A stretch of 64,000 nt of DNA from an uncultured Pseudomonadota bacterium (GTDB lineage Bacteria; Myxococcota_A; UBA796; SXON01): NCBI GenBank assembly GCA_903885375.1, contig CAISIK010000223.1, positions 1,443 to 65,442 on the forward strand, read 5' to 3'. The position numbers were made by a program, and so were the translations under genes. The notes below the pieces were generated by a model. It saw only the letters and a program-made list of their open reading frames with translations, ran no database searches and was not told where the DNA came from. Below, one piece after another: positions 58,302 to 64,000 of this stretch; the first letter of the stretch is position 1, and every line of letters begins with the position of its first letter.

Positions 58302-59534
58302 CTACTTCGCCTCGCGGCGGAGCACCGCACCATAGAGGCTGTCGGCATCGGCGTCGGGGGCGCCGTGGAGCTGGTCCTGCTCGAGGCTCCACGCGGGGTG
58401 GCGCTGGAGGAACTCGGCCACCACGGCCTCGTTCTCCTCTACGAACACGCTGCACGTGGCGTACACGAGGGCGCCGCCGGGCCGCACGGCCGCCGCCGCC
58501 CCGAGGAGCAGATCACGCTGCTGGGCCGCCCACCGGCCGAGCGAGGAGGGCACCGACCGCAAGCGCGCGTCGGGGCGGCGCCGCCAGGTACCCGAGCCGC
58601 TGCAGGGCGCATCCACCAGCACGGTGTCGAAGCCGCCGCGGGCGGCCACCTCGGTGGGCAGCGTGGGCGGGCCGCGCCCATCCCAGGGCCACACCCGCAC
58701 GTTCTTGCCATCCACCCGTTGAAGGCGCTTCCGCAGCTCGGCGAGGCGGGCGGGCGAAACGTCGGAGGCGTGGATGGCGCCGCGGCCATCGAGGCGGGAC
58801 CAGAGCTGCAGGGTCTTCCCGCCGGTGCCGGCGCAGGCATCCCACACGAAGCGCCCCGCCCCGAGCGGCACCCCCTCGCCCACCCGCTGGCTCGCGAGGT
58901 CCTGGATCTCCACCTTGCCTTCTTTCCAGGCGCGGCTCCGGAACACGGGCGTGGGCCCCTCCACCGCGAGCGCGCCGGAATCCTGCGCCACCACGCGCAG
59001 GCCATCGAGGCCGAGGACATCGCGAACCGCGCCGGTGTGGCGCGGCACCGCCACCCGAAGCCAGAGCGGCGGGCGGGTGGCCTGCCTCGCCAGCCAGCGG
59101 GCGAGCCAATCCTCCCCGGATAGTTCGCGACGGCGGGCGAGCGCGGGCGCGTGCCAGGGCGGGATGCCGTGGCGCACGAGCGCGGCGAGCGTGGCCAGCT
59201 CCCCATCCTGCGCGCCGGCCATCAGCGCATCGAGCGCGGCGATGTCGCCCGTGGGGTCCGCGCCGGAGGCGAGCGCCCGCACGCGGCTGGCAAACTCGAC
59301 GTCGGCCTTGCGCCAGAGCTGCAGGAGCTCGCGGGGGCGGTGCACCGACGCGGCGAACTTCAGGAGCGCGCCCTCCGTGGACTTCCCGCGGCCGCGGAAG
59401 GGGCCGAACGCGGCGAGGGTGCCCCAGGCCACCGCGTGGTCCACGAACTGGAGGATCGGCTCGGCGCGCGGATCGCGGACCAGCCCCACCGTGCGGAGCC
59501 ACTCGCCGGCCCAGCGGTCGACGGAGGGGGGCAC
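58302..59534 (-). CDS. RsmB/NOP family rRNA m5C methyltransferase
   Basis: EIQDLASQ, DACAGTGGKT, VDAPCSGSGT.RR.PD, YATCS...ENE; may start at CTG 59633. Confidence 0.9.
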   Translation of the reverse strand: MPPSVDRWAGEWLRTVGLVRDPRAEPILQFVDHAVAWGTLAAFGPFRGRGKSTEGALLKFAASVHRPRELLQLWRKADVEFASRVRALASGADPTGDIAALDALMAGAQDGELATLAALVRHGIPPWHAPALARRRELSGEDWLARWLARQATRPPLWLRVAVPRHTGAVRDVLGLDGLRVVAQDSGALAVEGPTPVFRSRAWKEGKVEIQDLASQRVGEGVPLGAGRFVWDACAGTGGKTLQLWSRLDGRGAIHASDVSPARLAELRKRLQRVDGKNVRVWPWDGRGPPTLPTEVAARGGFDTVLVDAPCSGSGTWRRRPDARLRSVPSSLGRWAAQQRDLLLGAAAAVRPGGALVYATCSVFVEENEAVVAEFLQRHPAWSLEQDQLHGAPDADADSLYGAVLRREAK

Positions 59535-59654
59535 CTCGCCCGCGCCCAGCCAGGCGAGGAACGCGCCGAGGCCGAGGTCGCCGCCCGGGGCGGGCGGTTC
59601 GGTGGGCGTGGGTGGGGGACCGTGGCGGGCCAGGGGGGGAGCTCCTCTGGCGGA

Positions 59655-60407
59655 CTATCGCGGCCCGCGCCGGGCCCACGCCACGATGGCGGCGGCCGCG
59701 AGGAGCATCACGACGGAGGTGGCCTGGCCATTGGTGAGGCCGGTGCCCGCGAACGTGCCCCGATCGTCGTTGCGGAAGAACTCGTTGACGAACCGGAAGA
59801 CCCCGTAGAGCGAGAAGAGCAGCGCCGTGCGCTGCCCCACGAAGCGCCGCGGCAGGAACCACAGCAGCGTGCCGATGGCCAGGTTGGCGATGACCTCGTG
59901 CAGCTGCGTGGGAATCAACGGCGTGCGGGCTGGCGCCAGGCTCCCTTCGGGAAAGGTGATGTGCCACCAGCCCTCGGTTTCGCGGCCGTAACAGCAGCCG
60001 GCGGACAGGCAGCCCAGCCGGCCGAGCGCGTGGCCGAACGCGAGCGAGGGCGCCATGACGTCGGTCAGCGCGAGGAACGGCTGCTTCTTCACGCGGGCGT
60101 AGATGGCGTAGCCGAGGAGCGTGCAGACAAAGCCGCCGTAGAACACGAGGCCCCCATCCCGGAGGGCGAAGATGCGCGCCGGGTCCTCGACGAAGGAGCC
60201 CGGGTGGGTCCGCACGTACTCGAGCCGCGCCCCCACCACCGCGCACACCATGGCGATGAGGCCGAGGTCCCACGCGGTGTCGCCCACGAGGCCATCGCGG
60301 CGGGCACGGACGGTGCCGAGCAGGAGGCCGAGGAACAGCGCGAGCCCCAGACACACGCCGTAGGTGGCCACGTCGAAGTTCCCCACGCGGAACAGGACGG
60401 GGTGCAC
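59655..60407 (-). CDS. lgt: Prolipoprotein diacylglyceryl transferase
   Basis: GARL.Y, GGLVFYGG, GRLGC...GCCYG, PTQL.E, RF.NEFFR.D. Confidence 0.95.
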   Translation of the reverse strand: MHPVLFRVGNFDVATYGVCLGLALFLGLLLGTVRARRDGLVGDTAWDLGLIAMVCAVVGARLEYVRTHPGSFVEDPARIFALRDGGLVFYGGFVCTLLGYAIYARVKKQPFLALTDVMAPSLAFGHALGRLGCLSAGCCYGRETEGWWHITFPEGSLAPARTPLIPTQLHEVIANLAIGTLLWFLPRRFVGQRTALLFSLYGVFRFVNEFFRNDDRGTFAGTGLTNGQATSVVMLLAAAAIVAWARRGPR

Positions 60408-60408
60408 G

Positions 60409-60948
60409 CTAGGCGGCCCGGGCGGCGGTGAACTTCGTGCGCAGCTCGAGGAGGTAGAGGATCACGAAGACGCCGACGCCCACGAAGATGGCGGCATCCG
60501 CCACGTTCCAGATGGGGTACACGGTGCGGCCCCCCAGGTATTCGCGGGCCCACGCGCGCCACGGGTCGGCGCCGGCGTAGACCTTCACCATGTCGGTGAC
60601 CTGACCGGCCAGGAGGCGATCGGTGAAGTTGCCGAGCGCCCCCGCGAGGATCGCGCCGAGCGCGAAGGACTGCGCCTTGTCGCCCGGCTCGAGCTGCCGG
60701 AAGCTCTGGACGACCACGAAGAGCGCCACGGCGGTGAACGCGTAGAAGACGTAGAGGCGGTACTCGAAGCCCTGCAGGAACGAGAAGGCGGCGCCTTTGT
60801 TGGTGGCGTGGCTGATCGCAAGGAAGTTCGGGAGGATCGAGATGCTCTCCCCCTCCGCGAGGTTGGCGCGCACCCACCACTTCGACCACTGGTCGAACCC
60901 GTAGAAGGCGAGCGCCGTTGCGAGGAATACGGGGAGTTTGGGGGCCAT
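60409..60948 (-). CDS. lspA: Signal peptidase II
   Basis: DQWSK, N.GAAFS, GALGNF.DR, V.D, WNVAD. Confidence 0.95.
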   Translation of the reverse strand: MAPKLPVFLATALAFYGFDQWSKWWVRANLAEGESISILPNFLAISHATNKGAAFSFLQGFEYRLYVFYAFTAVALFVVVQSFRQLEPGDKAQSFALGAILAGALGNFTDRLLAGQVTDMVKVYAGADPWRAWAREYLGGRTVYPIWNVADAAIFVGVGVFVILYLLELRTKFTAARAA

Positions 60949-61017
60949 GCGGCCCCGGGGTTAGCGCGTGGCGCTCGCGGCGTCGAATGTTAGACGCCAA
61001 GCGGCGGGGGAAAGCAG

Positions 61018-62691
61018 ATGCAGCGCGAAACGATGCCGGTGGATGTGCTCTTCGTCGGAGGCGGCCCGGCCTGCCTCGCCGGCGCCATCCGCTTGATGGA
61101 CCTGATTGCGGCGCACAACGAGTCGGGCGCCGAACCGAAGCTCGGCGAGCTCACCATCGCCTTGATGGACAAGGGCTCCGAGATCGGCTCGCACGCCATC
61201 TCCGGCGCGGTGCTCGACCCCACGGCGCTCAACGAGCTCATCCCCGACTGGGAGGCGCAGGAGCCCACCTTCGTGGAGCGCCACGTGGAGGAGGAGACCT
61301 TCCTCACGCTCACGAGCAAGTTCGCGCTGCCCGCGCCGCTCATGCCGCCGGGCATGGAGGATCACGGCAACCCGATCATCTCCATCGCCAAGTTCCAGAA
61401 GTGGCTGGCCGCGCAGGCCGAGGCCCGCGGCGTGATGCTGTTCGCCGGCTTTGCCGGCACCCAGCTCCTCTACGAGAACGGCCAGGTGACCGGCGTCCGC
61501 ACGGGCGACAAGGGCATCGACAGTAACGGCGAACAAAAGCCCACCTTCGAGCCGGGCATCGACATCCAGGCCAAGGTCACCATCCTCGGCGAGGGCCCCC
61601 GCGGCACGCTCTCCCGCCAGCTCATCAACCGCTACGAGCTGGACAAGGACAGCCAGCCGATGGTGTACGAGATCGGCGTAAAGGAGGTCATCGAGATGCC
61701 CCCGGGCACGGTGAAGAAGGGCGAGGTCATCCTCACCTTCGGCTACCCGCTCGACCTGAACACCTTCGGCGGCGCCTTCATCTACTCCCTGGCCGGTGAT
61801 CGTTACGCCATCGGCCTCCTTGTGGGTCTCGACGCGAAGGACCCCGCGATGGATGCCCACTACCTCCTCCAGAAGCTCAAGAACCACCCCACCATCCGGG
61901 CCAAGCTCGGCGCGGGCAAGGTGGTGAAGTACGGGGCCAAGGCCGTAACCGTGGGCGGCTGGCCCTCCATCCCCAAGCTCTACGCGCCCGGCGCCATGCT
62001 CGTGGGCGACAGCGCCAGCTTCCTCAACCCCGGCCGCATCAAGGGCATCCACCTCTCGATGAAGTCGGGCATGCTCGCCGCCGAGACCGCCTTCGAAGCC
62101 CTCAAGCGGGGCGACAGCCGCGAGGAGGTCCTCGCCGCCTACAAGGCCGCGGTCGATGCCTCGTGGATCCGCACCGAGATGGAGCCCATGAAGAACTTCC
62201 ATCCGGCGATGGAGAAGGGCGTCATCGGCGGCATGGCCAGCGTGGGCCTCTCGCTCCTGTTCGGTCCCGGCGAGCAGAAGCCCTTCCACGCCGACCACGA
62301 GCACATGCACAAGAACGCGGCGGTCCGCGGGCAGCACCCCTACCCCGACCGCAACGACATCACGTACGACGGCACCTACATCGTCGACAAGCTGACGGAC
62401 GTGTACCACTCGGGCACCAAGCACGAGGAGAAGCAGCCGGCGCACCTCCACGTGGTCGACAAGAACATCTGCGCCACCCAGTGCGCCGAGGAGTACGGCA
62501 ACCCGTGCACCCGGTTCTGTCCCGCGCAGGTGTACAACATGCACTTCGACGACAAGACAGGCCGCAACGAGCTGCACATCGACTTCAGCAACTGCGTGCA
62601 CTGCAAGACGTGCGACATCCGCGACCCCTACCAGATCATCACCTGGGTGCCGCCCGAGGGTGGCCAGGGTCCGGAGTACGGGATTCTCTAG
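61018..62691 (+). CDS. Electron transfer flavoprotein-ubiquinone oxidoreductase
   Basis: VGGGPA, G.H.ISGA, GVRTGDKG, YEIGVKE, RIKGIH..MKSG, RFCPA.VY, NCVHCKTCDI.DP, WVPPEGG.GP.Y. Confidence 0.96.
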   Translation: MQRETMPVDVLFVGGGPACLAGAIRLMDLIAAHNESGAEPKLGELTIALMDKGSEIGSHAISGAVLDPTALNELIPDWEAQEPTFVERHVEEETFLTLTSKFALPAPLMPPGMEDHGNPIISIAKFQKWLAAQAEARGVMLFAGFAGTQLLYENGQVTGVRTGDKGIDSNGEQKPTFEPGIDIQAKVTILGEGPRGTLSRQLINRYELDKDSQPMVYEIGVKEVIEMPPGTVKKGEVILTFGYPLDLNTFGGAFIYSLAGDRYAIGLLVGLDAKDPAMDAHYLLQKLKNHPTIRAKLGAGKVVKYGAKAVTVGGWPSIPKLYAPGAMLVGDSASFLNPGRIKGIHLSMKSGMLAAETAFEALKRGDSREEVLAAYKAAVDASWIRTEMEPMKNFHPAMEKGVIGGMASVGLSLLFGPGEQKPFHADHEHMHKNAAVRGQHPYPDRNDITYDGTYIVDKLTDVYHSGTKHEEKQPAHLHVVDKNICATQCAEEYGNPCTRFCPAQVYNMHFDDKTGRNELHIDFSNCVHCKTCDIRDPYQIITWVPPEGGQGPEYGIL

Positions 62692-62768
62692 GGCGAGTGG
62701 CGCAACTGGCAGACGCGGGGGATTTAAAATCCCCGACATTCCTGTGGGTTCGAGTCCCACCTCGCCCA
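62691..62768 (+). tRNA. tRNA-Leu (anticodon TAA)
   Basis: Acceptor stem GGGCGAG/CTCGCCC, D arm, anticodon arm GGGGA-TT TAA AA-TCCCC (TAA 62725-62727), T arm GTGGG-TTCGAGT-CCCAC, discriminator A; CCA not encoded. Confidence 0.92.
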
Positions 62769-62779
62769 CCCTCCACGCC

Positions 62780-63793
62780 TCAAGGTGTGCCGTAGGGAAT
62801 CACGAAGGAGCCGGGGGGGTGGTGCATCGAAGTATCGTTCCCCCAACAGTGGAGCTGTCCGTCTGGCGTGATGCCACAGGCACCCCAAAAGTCGCAGCGC
62901 AGTTGTGTCAGAGGCACATCCGCGGCAGAACTATGGCCCCGGAACGGTACCGGAGTTTCGGCAGTGTACCAGCACTCCGCCCGATCGTCGGTGTTGATCG
63001 CGCAGGCCATGATGGACACGCAGGGGGAATGAAAGCTGCCGGAAGGGGGGGCGAGAACTTCCTCCCCGTACGGTCCCCACAGCTCTCGGCAGTCGAGTTT
63101 TCCGTCCCCATCCGTCCAGCAGGCACTTTGGACGCCGACGCCGGCGGCGACCACGTTGTCTCGACTGAACGAGTCTTCCGGCTGATCGCTGGTGCACCGC
63201 AGCTCGTGGTCGTCAACCAAGCAATAGCCCGATACTCCGGCCCACAACTTCCCCGCGTCCGCTAGCCCGAGATCCGTCACAAGCGTTCCGTCAGACTCCC
63301 AGTCGTACTCGAACCGCCCAACCGCTCCATCGACCGACTGAATCGCAACGTCGCGATCGTCTCTGAGCTGCACCCGCGCCACATCTGCGCGAGCCGGAAG
63401 TTCTGGGAACAGCGGCCGACCCCAACAGGCCAGTTCGTCGTCCGAGGTGACCACGCAGACCGACGGCTCGCCATCGTCGATCGTGTTCGCCTCGATCGAC
63501 ACCGACCGGGCGGCAACGGCCGGCGGCTGCAGCAGGCCGTAGTTGGTCCAACCCGTGTCATTCACCGCATCCGCCTTCACATCCCCCCAGCACTCGATGC
63601 AGCCATCCTCGTGCACGCCGCAGGCGCGGAAGATTCCGAGGCTAAAGTCTATCCAAGCGTTGTCCTCGCAGGATGCGACGCCTGTCCCAGTGTCGGCCGC
63701 CGCTGTCTCCTCACCCCCTGTCTCCCCAACGCCAGTCGCACATCCCAGTAGCAGCGCCGCCACGAACGGCACAATCGCCACCCATGAGGTCAT
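62780..63793 (-). CDS. RCC1/BLIP-II-like repeat lipoprotein
   Basis: Lipobox LLLGC; repeated ACG...DG.I.CWG units; ATGA coupling; less biased codon usage than neighbours. Confidence 0.8.
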   Translation of the reverse strand: MTSWVAIVPFVAALLLGCATGVGETGGEETAAADTGTGVASCEDNAWIDFSLGIFRACGVHEDGCIECWGDVKADAVNDTGWTNYGLLQPPAVAARSVSIEANTIDDGEPSVCVVTSDDELACWGRPLFPELPARADVARVQLRDDRDVAIQSVDGAVGRFEYDWESDGTLVTDLGLADAGKLWAGVSGYCLVDDHELRCTSDQPEDSFSRDNVVAAGVGVQSACWTDGDGKLDCRELWGPYGEEVLAPPSGSFHSPCVSIMACAINTDDRAECWYTAETPVPFRGHSSAADVPLTQLRCDFWGACGITPDGQLHCWGNDTSMHHPPGSFVIPYGTP

Positions 63794-63999
63794 GCCGACG
63801 GCCCCGCACCGGAACAGGTGGAGTAGACGCCTTGCCAACTCCCCTCGGACACGCCGACATGGCTCTCCACCCAACTGGTGATGTCCCACCGGGTCTGATC
63901 CGAGAGCCTCACCAGCATCACGCGCGAGCCGCTGATGACTCCATCCGTCGAGCAGTACATCGTGAACACCACGTAGTCGTCGGACAGGCAGAACTCACC
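63790..63999 (-). CDS. 3' end of a hypothetical protein (runs off the window)
   Basis: Frame open to the window edge; stop overlaps the next ATG (ATGA). Confidence 0.55.
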   Translation of the reverse strand, partial: GEFCLSDDYVVFTMYCSTDGVISGSRVMLVRLSDQTRWDITSWVESHVGVSEGSWQGVYSTCSGAGPSA

Positions 64000-64000
64000 G

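Overview
High-GC bacterial chromosomal segment with about 50 genes. A Myxococcota/deltaproteobacterial origin is inferred from a MYXO-CTERM-like sorting tail, Cys/Asp-rich repeat lipoproteins and FG-GAP/MopE-type repeat proteins. Recognisable housekeeping genes include tesB, recN, hslR, a GST, serA-serC, a fused 2-oxoacid dehydrogenase E1, elbB, an rsmB-like methyltransferase, lgt, lspA, ETF-QO and a tRNA-Leu(TAA). The main feature is an ~19 kb locus (25134-43922) with two divergent arms. The left arm is a 3.2-kaa PfaA-like iterative type I PKS with two ketosynthases that both keep Cys-His-His, four carrier domains that all have Thr instead of the phosphopantetheine Ser (LGIDTVK), and its own C-terminal PPTase, followed by a GNAT. 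The right arm encodes an outer-membrane barrel, a His-less REC-kinase, a PilZ + LuxD-like acyl-thioesterase + SAM-methyltransferase fusion and a double hybrid membrane sensor kinase, faced by a REC-EAL protein. I interpret this as a candidate c-di-GMP-gated lipid (methyl-ester) signal synthesis and sensing system, analogous to but distinct from Ralstonia phcBSR. Other points: a doubly frameshifted MNT-HEPN toxin-antitoxin pair, repeated apparent leaderless promoters, a sigma-54 promoter, and a short-variable-arm tRNA-Leu that overlaps a stop codon. All family calls come from motif recognition by eye; no database searches were run.
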